Assembly (NCBI RefSeq): GCF_964204865.1
Contig: NC_135262.1
Location: forward strand, 7,688,001-7,752,000
Source of the DNA: Styela clava
Lineage: Eukaryota
Direction: 5' to 3'
Length of the DNA: 64,000 nt
The notes beneath the pieces were generated by a model. That model made no database searches and was not told where the DNA came from. It saw only the letters and a program-made list of their open reading frames with translations. Made by a program: the position numbers and the translations under genes. Below, one piece after another: positions 48,682 to 60,300 of the stretch; within the stretch, counting starts at the first letter, position 1; the number at the start of each line of letters is the position of its first letter.

Positions 48682-49334
48682 CGGTCTTACTACTTACTGA
48701 ATACAGCGCAAAACAGTGGGGGAACAGCGCGAAAGAGCACAAAACAGAGGGAAACAGTGTGAAGCAGAAAATTTTGCAATGAGTTCGGGGCACCTTGTTT
48801 TGAGTTGGAGTACCACGGCAGCAAATTAAAAACACAAACCAACGTATGTAGCCAGTAATGCTGTAATGGCAGGTCTGCCCCTGCTGGTGACACATTTTGG
48901 GTACCATAATTTAGAACATTTTCCATATGGATATGGTTGGCTTTAGGATTAGGTAAAAAGGGACCTCCAGAAGTATGTGCACCAAGATGGCGCACAACCT
49001 GAAAATAGTATGTGTGTGTGTGTAGCGGATTCAGGTTGGGCAACATATTGCTGCACATACTTCTGGAGCACTAAAAAGGTAGATAAAATTTCGCATGATG
49101 ACCTATAATCCGGTACATAACCTTGTAAATATACCGGAAATAGCGCCATAAAACCATGGCGAGAGGCGCCGTGGTACTTTCGTGGCAGGAGGCGGTAATG
49201 ACTGCGTCTCCTGTTTTGCGCTGTTTCCCTCTGTTTTGCGCTGGTTTCCTTCTGTTTCGCACTGTTTTCCTCTGTTTCGCGCTGTTTTGGCTCTTTGCGG
49301 TGTTTCGCGCTGTATTCAGTAAGTAGTAAGACCC
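48682..49334. mobile_element. MULE-type MITE (653 bp) with nested palindromic MITE
   Basis: TIR GGTCTTACTACTTACTGAATACAGCGC / GCGCTGTATTCAGTAAGTAGTAAGACC; 9-bp TSD AGTTAATAC (48673-48681, 49335-49343); subterminal AAACAG repeats. Nested element 48962-49071 is flanked by TAAAAAGG. Confidence 0.92.
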
Positions 49335-49635
49335 AGTTAATACTGTATTCTGGTATTATTTATTCCACCTGGTAGTCTACCTCTAACAGTCTAAAGCAGC
49401 AGAAGTAGCATATGATTTGCGGAATTTTTCTTATTATAAATTTTGCTTAGTAAAAATGTATTTTGATAATTTTTAATTACAGAATCCGGAAATATTATAA
49501 TTTTTGATATACCTTGTTACTGTATTCTGTTATAATTGGACCTACTCGGACTCAGCATTTTACACAATTTGTGATTTATATCAATATTGTCTTTTACAGT
49601 TATATATATCTGTATATTGTGTTTGAAAAAGCATC

Positions 49636-50238
49636 ATGGTAAAGTTATATTCTATATCCGTCATCTTTAAAGCACCATCAAAAGTTAACATACTCAAAGC
49701 TGCAAACGATGTGACAGAATTTGGATTCTTTCAAAGATCAAGTGTTGCTGAGTTCCTGAAGTTTACAACCCAAATATGTGCTGAAAGAACCCAAATTAAT
49801 CAAAGACAATCAGTAAAAGAACAGAACTATATGTGCCATGTATATATAACGGAGGAACGCCTAGGTGCTGTAGTAATAACTGATCACGATTACCCTCGCC
49901 GTGTTGTATTCAATCTCATGTCGAAGTTGTGTGAAGATTTTAAATCGAAAGTACCGATAAGAGATTGTTCTGGGGCCCCTAGTGTTCCTATACAATATGA
50001 AGAACTCCCAAATTGGTTGGCTAAATATCAAGACCCAAAACAAGCCGATGCAATGTTAAGAGTACAAAATGAATTGGATGAGACGAAGATTATTTTACAT
50101 GATACAATGGAATCGTTGTTACAGAGAGGAGAAAAGCTCGATGATTTAGTCACCAAATCGGATAACCTTAGCATGCAATCAAAAATGTTTTATAAACAAG
50201 CTAAGAAAACTAACTCATGGTGTTGCGCAATCCAATAA
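49636..50238 (+). CDS. YKT6: R-SNARE synaptobrevin homolog YKT6, intronless
   Basis: Longin domain (FGFFQRSSV.EF, DHDYP.RV), SNARE motif ELDETKIILH..ESLLQRGEKLDDLV, C-terminal CCAIQ prenylation motif. Confidence 0.97.
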   Translation: MVKLYSISVIFKAPSKVNILKAANDVTEFGFFQRSSVAEFLKFTTQICAERTQINQRQSVKEQNYMCHVYITEERLGAVVITDHDYPRRVVFNLMSKLCEDFKSKVPIRDCSGAPSVPIQYEELPNWLAKYQDPKQADAMLRVQNELDETKIILHDTMESLLQRGEKLDDLVTKSDNLSMQSKMFYKQAKKTNSWCCAIQ

Positions 50239-52485
50239 TGGATCTTTCTTGAGTTCTTCTTTTTTGTATCATTTTTGTCTGTCCCTGATCACTCAATATT
50301 CATCAAGCTAGTGACTGTTAGGAATGTATTGTTTGTTTTCACCGAATACCAACATGCTATTTTTGTTTCTGGACTTTAGACGTAGTTCCACACCCGACAT
50401 GGAACGGTAACCGAATGAGAGTCTGTATTATCAGCTTCTCTATCCCCTGGATAAATTTGAAAATCCTACTATTTTTATTTTAATGCATATTTATTAAATA
50501 ATAATCCAATCCCCTCGACATAAAAAACAAAAATATTGATTTCAAGTTAATGTCATTATCAAAAAATATAATTATTTACTTTTAAGTTTTCATTGGATTT
50601 TTTTTCTGTTATGTTATGTCTCGTATTTTGTGCATTCTTGCTCTTAGTGAAAAATATCGAAACTGTTTAATTATCTTCCAAATTTATTGATAAACTATTT
50701 GGAATGTGTGTTTTTGGACTCGATCAATGCATTATAGGTTCCTGTTAAATGAGTATTGTTGATAATTTAATTACCAGTACATTCAAAACAGATATTCAAG
50801 GTTCTATAGCCTATAGACACAAGTTTAATCAATATATTTTGAAACAAGGTTGTAATGACTATCAGATTATGAATAAAATGTTGATATTATTATTAGAATT
50901 GGAAGTATATATGTTCTTTTATTACCATACTATGGAATTGTTCTTTTCAATTAGGACTAGGATGAATTCTGTGTTATGAGAAACCCTTATCTCTTTAAAA
51001 AACTCCGAAATAAATTTGAGGGTTAAACTGGTCATAAAACATAAGAGCCCTATATCAGTATGTAAATTTTTTACTTGCTTCACCGAATTGAAATATTTCT
51101 GTGTTTATTTCACACACGAGTCCAATATACGAGAAGCATGTAATGTATGGTATGGCCTTCATCGCACATTTTGGGTTGTGTCCCATCTGTATTCAGAATT
51201 GTTAACTATAGAATTTCAATTGTCTTCTACTGTTACTAATCTTTTTTGTTAGAAGGAGTTAGGGAGCTTAGTTCTGAATCAATCCATATTGTAGTCTCTT
51301 TTGTCACTGTTGTGATTATTGTATTTAGCAATTTATGTTTGTAAATAAGGAATTGTAGAACAGCTTTGAAAAGCATTTATGTTACTGTTCTTTTTTTGAC
51401 TATAGTTCTAATAGTCACTTTGTAGTAAAGCAAAAGTTCAACTTCTCACTATATAATTGTTTAAAAAGGGTCATAAAACTACTGTAATTTTAGGGTATAA
51501 CTATTCACCATCAAGTGATATTATATTCTCTTGATATTGTAACATGCCCAAAAATTGACTGATAGGAAGACAAATCTATATATTGATCTTAGTAGGTCAA
51601 TGTTTGTAACTATTTTTATCAGTGCTGTTTATATTTTCAGTTTAAGATAGAGTTAAAGACTCAGCACCATGTTTTAATTGTATAAAAAAAATCGTTTTTG
51701 CTGTTGTCTTTTGCTCCATTGAGAGTTCTTCTTGGTGATGGTAATTGCTAGTAATATTCACTGCATTTCATGTCATTATTCAATGATTTTTTTTGCTCTT
51801 ACCTATTTCATCAATTTCCATTTTTTTGTGTGTACATTATTTACTGAAATTGAGAGTTTGAAGTTTGCTTTATATATTAGTAGTGTTTCACAGTCCTCCA
51901 AGAGCGTTAATATTAAATATATCTCACTTTATTATAATTTTGAATTCTTTTGTAATCTGTTGTCAGGAACGTTATGAATAAATAACTCAACTAAGGATGG
52001 CTCATAGTCTGACCCTGAAAATTTTTTTGTATTTGAAATGGATTTTTCTTGTGGAAAAACAACATGCATTAAAATTGGTCATAGTTTGTAATTTCGCTTT
52101 TACAAAACAGTAAATTTTAAATAAAAAAAAGCAATAACTTCTTGTTCTCCCTAAATAACACATTTGTGGAATTGTAATAATTTCATGTAAACGAAGACTG
52201 GATTCTTCTAACAGTTCTTACATTATGACATAACAACACAATTTGGGCTATTATAAAATACCCTTGATTTATAACTTGATGTATAGTTTACTAACCCGGC
52301 CAGTATGATCTGTATAGTTTGACAAAATACTGTCATTTGATTCATCGAATTTCATTTTTCTATCAAATTAACTATATTATATACATAAATGTATATACTG
52401 TTTGTTGTGCTTGTATATGCTGGCAACTAATGACAACTCTTGTTATTTTATCATGTTAGATTTGTATTCATTAATTTAATAAATA

Positions 52486-52908
52486 ATGCCTGGAAGTTAT
52501 TATTTCGTGATTGTCGGCCATCGTGATAACCCCGTCTTCGAAGCTGATATAACATCACCAAAGACTGCTGGTACAAAAAAGGATGAACATGGCCATTTGA
52601 ACCAGTTTATCGCTCATGCCGCTTTAGATTTGGTAGACGAACACATGTGGCGAAGCAATAACATGTATCTTAAAACTGTTGATAAATTTAACGATTGGTA
52701 TGTTTCTGCGTTTGTAACAGCAAGCGGGATGAGATTTCTTCTTTTACACGAACTAAGAAATGAAGAAGGCATCAAGAACTTTTTTACAGACGTTTACGAA
52801 GTTTTCATCAAACATATTATGAATCCATTTTATGAGAAAAACTCTAAAATTACTTCTCAGCCTTTCACAAGAAGAGTACAATTTTTTGGACAGCGACATC
52901 TCCTGTAA
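52486..52908 (+). CDS. TRAPPC2: TRAPP complex subunit 2 (sedlin), intronless
   Basis: [48 protein letters not shown] and MNPFYE; 140 aa. Confidence 0.97.
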   Translation: MPGSYYFVIVGHRDNPVFEADITSPKTAGTKKDEHGHLNQFIAHAALDLVDEHMWRSNNMYLKTVDKFNDWYVSAFVTASGMRFLLLHELRNEEGIKNFFTDVYEVFIKHIMNPFYEKNSKITSQPFTRRVQFFGQRHLL

Positions 52909-53952
52909 TATACCTTTGAAAATAATGACAGTATACCTGAGTGGTAGGGCGCTAGACAACGCCTGCTGGAAGCCAGATGAAAAATGAGGGCAAAGATCGT
53001 CGAACTAGGTTTTCCAGCAAAATTCTCCAATATTGATTATACGAATAATTAGGATAATGAGAAATTATATATACCCAAAAAATCTTTCAAAGTTTGATAT
53101 TATTATCAATCAGCTTGTTTCTTCATTGTCAGTTATATGGCCGAATTGAATATTTCTGGTTGTGATATCATGGAAAGGGAAGTTATGAGTGCAATAGAAA
53201 TTGTTTCAAGTGTTAATAATTTTGGGTACTTACTTGGGTTAATACGGCCGTAAAGTGGTTGGTATATAATTTCCTTAATTGCACATTTTTTCTTATTGCG
53301 TCTTGCTTCATTTACAAATTATATTGTTTTATGATATAACTTCAACAATCAAATTTCTCTCTGTGTACAAACTCTATTAGAGCCATGTGTATGATCACAA
53401 AGATGCTGAATGTGACTAAATTGAGTTCAAATATATCAAAATCTCATTTAACAAAAACTTTTCTGAAGCGAAAAATCGCTTTTCTCTTTAATTACTGGAC
53501 CAATTGCTTTGAAATTTTCAGTGGTTAATGATTGTTGTTGTAGCTGGAAGGCTATTACTTTTATTCAATTTGAAAGTTTCTGTGGGCTGTGTTTGGGATT
53601 CGTTTTTTGCGGGGTTGATGACATCATCGAAATTAAAAACTTGCGCACATTGTCGCATTAACTATCGTTGCGTTATGGTAGTCAGTTGCAGTGGGTGAGG
53701 CTACAATATCGTATCGGTACTGTGAAAGATTAGATAGTCATACTACTTCGCTTTGGCCTTTGTGTCCATATATTTAAGCATTGCCTTTTGTGAAATTGAT
53801 TTATTAATTTTTTAATAATACGACAAGTGCTACATATTTCCTTTGAAAATCAATATTCCTGATTCCATTGCATTTATTCCATAATAAATTCCATTTATCA
53901 TTCAATCCTGTTTGCTGTTATATAATCTTATTTAAGCTTCTTATCCTAGATT

Positions 53953-54642
53953 ATGAATATTTTAACAAAGATAAGACTCTTAAATGATTTGAATGATCGT
54001 GAACTAAGACTTGGTATAACCGGGACGAAAGCATCATGGCATGAGCAATACAAAGACAGCGCTTGGATCTATACCGGTGGATTACCATTTGAACTATCTG
54101 AAGGTGATGTTATATGTGTATTTTCACAGTATGGTGAAATTGTAAATATTAATATGATACGAGATAAAAAGACTGGAAAATCAAAAGGATTTGCTTTCTT
54201 ATGTTACCAGGATCAAAGAAGTACTATCTTAGCTGTCGACAATTTGAATGGTGCAAAAATTAAGGGAAGACAAATTAAAGTGGATCATGTACTCAATTAT
54301 AAACCCCCCAAAGATGACGATGACGTGGATGAATTGACTCGTCAAATGAGAGAGGAGGGTGTTGCTCCAAAGGTACATTATCCTGATATACCATCACCGC
54401 AAGAAAGAAAGAAATCCCCACAATATAAAGAGAAGCCCAGAGCAGAAGTAAAGAAAATGCCTCTAATTGCCATAAAAAGAGAGAAATTAGACATTTCTGA
54501 TGATGATGATGATAAAAAGCATCAACACAAAACTAAGAAAAGGAAAAAAGATGCAAAACCAAAGGAATTTAAACATAAAGAATTGAAATTTTTAAAGAAA
54601 AAACCAAAACATAAAAAATCAAGCAAGTCTGACTCACCATGA
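53953..54642 (+). CDS. RBMX2: RNA-binding motif protein X-linked 2 (Ist3/Snu17, RES complex), intronless
   Basis: SWHEQYKDSAWI..GGLP.EL.EGD.ICVFSQYGEIV, GKSKGFAFLCY.DQRSTILAVDNLNG, VDHV; Lys-rich tail. Confidence 0.96.
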   Translation: MNILTKIRLLNDLNDRELRLGITGTKASWHEQYKDSAWIYTGGLPFELSEGDVICVFSQYGEIVNINMIRDKKTGKSKGFAFLCYQDQRSTILAVDNLNGAKIKGRQIKVDHVLNYKPPKDDDDVDELTRQMREEGVAPKVHYPDIPSPQERKKSPQYKEKPRAEVKKMPLIAIKREKLDISDDDDDKKHQHKTKKRKKDAKPKEFKHKELKFLKKKPKHKKSSKSDSP

Positions 54643-55850
54643 TAAAAAATTGAACGAAAATTCATCCAAAAGTATTTTTGCATTGGAGGAGCCTGAGCCA
54701 GGCAATAGTTTTCGTCCTTAATGATTACTGAATAAAGACTTATTCAACCATGTTTTAGTGACATTTAATTAACATACTAGCGTTTTATCCATTCATGAGA
54801 GTACATATGTTAATAACACTACCATGATAAAATTTTTGTGGTATATGAATATCTCACGCTCGTAATTTGGTAGTGAATTAATATAGAAAGATTAACGTAT
54901 TATCATTTTGAGACTTTTACTATTTGACGTAAAAGAGATATATAGATTGCATTGTACTATTGTTGGGACAAAAAAAATTTGGTAAAGATGGTTATGTTTT
55001 AGAGAGGGCATTACTTCCATTTATTTGCAAATTTTCTCTGGCCACTGTTCTGTATCTTTGTGAAATTGTGCCCATGTGTGTATTTCAAAAAGTGATCTCA
55101 CTGAGTGTGGCTCAAAAGTTGTATTACCATATCAGTACCACCTTTGTGTCTATATATATTTGAGCATTCGTCTCATGGACAAAATAATAATATGTGCACA
55201 ACGCCACCCTGCAACCAGAGTTGTGACTTCGTTAATGGGTGTTGGATTGTAATTGGCTAAAATAAATCGAAGTGACTGGCATATATCATCAATCAATTCT
55301 TGATTTCAAGTATAATTTGGAATAGTTTTACTTGAAAAATTATAATTGAGGTCTCGGAAAGAATAAAAAAAAGAAAAACCATCCAAAATACTGTTTATCT
55401 TCAAATACAAACACAGACCAACCTTTATGTGTTGACGCAATTTAGAACATATTTGACAACATGGATTCTGAATAGTACAATATTTGTTTTTGGCGATCTG
55501 GCTAGAGTAATGATAATTGTACTAATGGTGTATAATAATAAAAATATACTATGAATTGATTTTATGATCAGATATTCAATATTTATTTACCGTAGATCTG
55601 AAGCCTTGCTGGGAATTCATCTCAGCATGGAGACCACAATTTTCATAGAATTTGAATATTAACATAGGGAACAACAAAAACATGTTTACGCATTTCTCAA
55701 TTCGATTCAGATTTACATCTTCCCACTTACCGGTATATAAATCTTGGCTTTAGGATTGACAGTTCTGTTCTCATGTCACCTATTTGATTAAATTATTTCT
55801 ACAGTATTTAATTACTGTCATGGTTTCAAATTATTAATTAATACTAAACC

Positions 55851-56078
55851 ATGCTTGATCAAAGAGTAATGATGGGCATTATGGCTGGATTTGCATGTTT
55901 CTCAACTTATATTGCATTACGTCCTCTCATTACTGAGGGAAAAGTTTTAAAAAAGATCCAGAAGTTGGAAGAAGCCGGTCAACTTGATGAAGCTAGAAAA
56001 CTCGCAGCATCAACTAACTTTAAAGCATACAGGGTTGTTATCAAGGACGAACAAGGCAAAGAATCGTGTAGTGAATGA
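55851..56078 (+). CDS. Uncharacterised 75-aa microprotein with one N-terminal hydrophobic helix
   Basis: ATG in AAACCATG context, acceptor TTTCTACAG 47 nt upstream, hydrophobic VMMGIMAGFACFSTYIAL then charged helical tail. No family confidently recognised. Confidence 0.55.
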   Translation: MLDQRVMMGIMAGFACFSTYIALRPLITEGKVLKKIQKLEEAGQLDEARKLAASTNFKAYRVVIKDEQGKESCSE

Positions 56079-57304
56079 TATTTTTGATGAAGGCACTAGT
56101 TATTTGAGAAAGTTGTCGCTCGTTTCTCTTACAAAAAATTTAAAAGTTGGACAGTGCGTATTGAAATCAAGAAAATGTATCTACAGTGGATATGTGTGTA
56201 TAATTGCCATGTGTTAAAATGCGGCTTCTATCTGGCACTATCATCAAATTGGATACATCTGAAGTCAAAAACATATTACCGGCACAAACCACACAATGCA
56301 GGAATGCTTGCCCAGATGTCTCTATTCAAACCACAAAACGTGAAAACATGGCATCTTTCGCTGTTCATTCAACGATATCTAGACATATTCCGGTCTGGAT
56401 TTATATTTTATTTTGTGATTAAATGTTATTTTTACTCCCAGCTTGCTTTTTTTGAAAACTACTCTCGACTAATTTAAAAAATGGCAGAAACATAGACACG
56501 ACTGAGACAAGGCATATTTTCGTCTGCTTCTCAACTCTTTTCTAACCACTTCTGATTTCCCACATACCGAAGTCTTAAATAAAATTTGTTAAGGTCCTTC
56601 AGTATGGGCTCACTTGTTGGCGTGGAAGCGAATTTTGTAGAAGACAATTGGTTTATCACCCATCCGCTGGTTAAACTACTATCATTTGTCGAAATAGTGC
56701 TGTGCATTATGTATATTAGTTCATTACACTTATCTCCCACTCATCCATTAATAAAGCCTTAAACCTTGTTAAAAAGGTTTTCCAGTAGGTACTCATGTGG
56801 AAATGTTTAGACAGCTTTTGTTGTGAAGCGAGCTCTTGATCACTGGTCAAAGGAAATGCGGCGGGTTGTGCCTTTACAAATGTTTGCAATGAGTTTCATC
56901 AAAATCTTAAGCGGCACTTTCTTTACTTGGTGCACACTGCATAATTTTAACAAGTTCGGTTATGCCCCAATAGCAAAAAATGGGGAACCCCTGACCTGGA
57001 GGGCTGACTTGTCAATTTAAAATTATTTACACGAATTCCAATTTTTGACAACTTCAATCTCGCTGTGATAAAACTTTTTATTCCAGAATAAGAGCTAATC
57101 TATGTCCATTCTTTTGAGTTGCCTAAGTGATTACTCCGAATTGAAGTGCTGAAATACTCAGCTAACACAATACCACAATTTTCTCAGCACTGATTTTTTG
57201 TGTTCTGATATTCAACCAATTGGCTTGATTGCAATTTCGCTCTGTACATATTCAGATACCACAGACTGAAGATAAATAAATAACAATATTGCAATTATGA
57301 CACT

Positions 57305-60300
57305 TCAAGTTTCATTGACTTTCTCTGGACTCACGGTCAGTATATTAGGCGGTTGACTTGGAACATGAATTGAAGATTTTGTCATGAAGGTATTTTTAGG
57401 TGTTTCAGAAATTTGTGGACTTGCTGAAGTATTAACATTTTTTTCAGTAGGAATAGGATCAAATGTAACTGGTTGTAAAGTCTTCAAAGCAGAATCTGGT
57501 TTTGCTGTTCTGTTTCCATCAGTAAGACATAGCCCATTATGTGATATAGTATATGTTGTTCTTCCATTTCCAGCCTGGACATTATTAGAATTATCAGGTT
57601 GTGGCTCAGCTGGAGTATTGTCCAGTGCGCTTAAAAACATTGGGCTACTATTTACAACTAATGTTAATGGCACTCCAGAGCTACATCCTTCGACCGGACC
57701 TTGCTGTACTTCAACGTTCTGATTACTTGGCCATTTGACAAGTAGAGCCAAGTATCCTTGGTTCAGATTTATTTCTGGATTTGCAGTTCCGTTTTCTTGG
57801 CTTGACGATGTCATGGAACTCGCAGATAAAGTTTCAGACACTGTATTTTCTGCTTCAAAAGGACCTGAACACCAACATCACTAGTTTAAAAAGAGTGTAC
57901 CTCAAGAATTTCTAGAAATACGAGGTACATTCACCAAAATTTCACCGAGGTATCGATTTGATGCATCAGGGACAGGGAAGCCGGAGTTCTCTCCAGAAAT
58001 CTTAGTGACTCCAACTCCTAACCATCTAATTTTTTTTCACATTAGAAATTTTTAATAATAATTTAAAATTCTAATCCAAGTTAACCCTGTAAAATGAAGA
58101 GTTTCATTTTTAAAATTTAAGCCTTTGTATCAGGGTTTTGAGTCACGTTGGCATGAAACTGCAGTTGGTTTGATGTTATATGGGAATAGTCATAGATCCA
58201 AGGTAGCAAAAATGGAACGCCAGTTTGAAACTCTCATTTCTTTAATATTATTTCCCCTTTTCTATAACATAAAAAAACGTATGTATATTACGATTGAACC
58301 TACCTCGCTTACGAAGATCATTATTATCAATAGGTGCCATGGATGACAAGAAGACATCTCCTTTATTTGTCATCTGCGGGTCCAAACATCTCAAATCAGA
58401 TTCATTCAATGTTTCTAATGTTGACCTCAGTCCAAGTTCTGGCAGAAGACTTGACGGTTGCATATTGACAAGGGCTTCTTGACTCAGACCACTGTCTTGC
58501 AAAAGTGAGTCCGACGACCTATCGAAAACTGTACGACCTTGTACACCAGTAATTTCATCCTCATTTTCTGATTCTGCTTCATGATTGACATCATCTATTT
58601 GTATTCCTGATAGCTTTGTTGCGGTAACGGACTTCAGATCAAGATTTGGAAAATGGTACTGTAAAATATATGAGATCACTCTTTGAGGAAAGCCCAAACT
58701 AATGTTATATCAACTATGAAAGTTAATTAGGCTGTAACTTTAACGATGCAATTTGAGTTTGATGACCCTACACTACATTATAACTTGATCCATAGATAAT
58801 TGAAGATACTGCTTTGTTTTAAATTATGATAAGTATAGCAAATAAGAATAGAAGAAGTATTACAAATATTGCATACAATTTTGTTATCTTCAAGAATACT
58901 TCTGTATCAAATGCAGACTATGCCCTAAAAATGATATTGGGAAATCATTATGATGTCAGCTACAATTTTACTGACAAAGTAGTGGATTTGATATAATTGT
59001 ATTGTGCTGATGCCATTATTACTTATCGATTTCAATCGGTAAGTATGTTGATAGGTATTTGTATGTCTGTTAGATGCACGTGATATCTCACGAAAGCGAA
59101 ATTGAATCTGCTCCAGATTTTGCTTGTGCATTCATCTTATCTCGGACCAGAAGCCTATTGATTTTGGGCGAATTATGTCGTATAATTAGCGAGTTATTAA
59201 TTAATTGGGGATGGGACACAAGGTGTCACTATGGAGTAAGAGCGCTGTTTTGGGGATCCCCTAACTTTCGATCGATAAGTCTTCGGTCTCTGACCGATAT
59301 TCTCGTTTCAATCTTGACAAAAAATAATTCTTAATAAGTCACCTGCTTCATATGCAAAAGAAATTCAGCACCATCATCTGTTGAGAACTCCAGTGCAGCA
59401 CAGTGTGAACATGGATAAATTTTCAATCCTTTATGTTTTGCTACTTTTTTTATATGCTTTCGTAAATTCTCTATGTTGGCACTCCTGAGAAATTTTGGAA
59501 TAGAAACTTCAGTCAGTGGTGTATGCTATGATGTTGACTTGTAAAAGAATGACAAGTTGCCATACTATAATAATCAAGACTAGATTAAGATTACAAAACG
59601 GTTCTCTGGGCGTTCATGAGGACAACAACTACATTCATTTAAAGTAAATCGACTTTGATTTCTTAGATTGTAATGCATTCATCCTTCTACTTTCATTTGT
59701 CAGCTTTTTAATATAAAATGTGGCAAATAAAATAACTGATGAAAGCGGTCAAAAGCTAAAACTAAGTATATATATATAGAAGAACAGAACGCTTCACATG
59801 TTGAGAACCACTGCGCTAGACAAATATTGTAAGTTGGTTAAGTACCATCGAGATTATATACAATACATACCAACCTGAAAATTTATCATAATATCATTAA
59901 CAATTGAAGCTACCTGTGAGAACAATATGGACATTTGTATGGCTTCTTGCCAGAGTGAATCAATGTATGTCTTTTAAGCGAACTTGAGCTGCTGCATTTG
60001 AAGTCACATTCTTTGCATGTAAATGGTTTCTCTAGAGTGTGTATTCTGCAATTATTATCATATTAAAGTTTAGATCAAATATTGAACTAACTAAGTGAGA
60101 TTGCCAAACAAATGCATACTCATACAAAAATAGAGAGTAGATAAAGAAAGTCATTTCTTACTTCCTATGTCGTTTTAGCAGTTGTGCTGTTCTTGCTTTG
60201 TATTCACAATCCTCACATTTGTACGGTTTTTCTCCTAAATGAGTTATAATATGTTATGTTAAGTCTAAAACCTTTTCAGAATTGAAGAAAACTAATCAAT

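Noticed and set aside
56076-56090. UGA read-through/selenocysteine in the microprotein
   Set aside because: Another stop follows two codons later and no SECIS was recognised.
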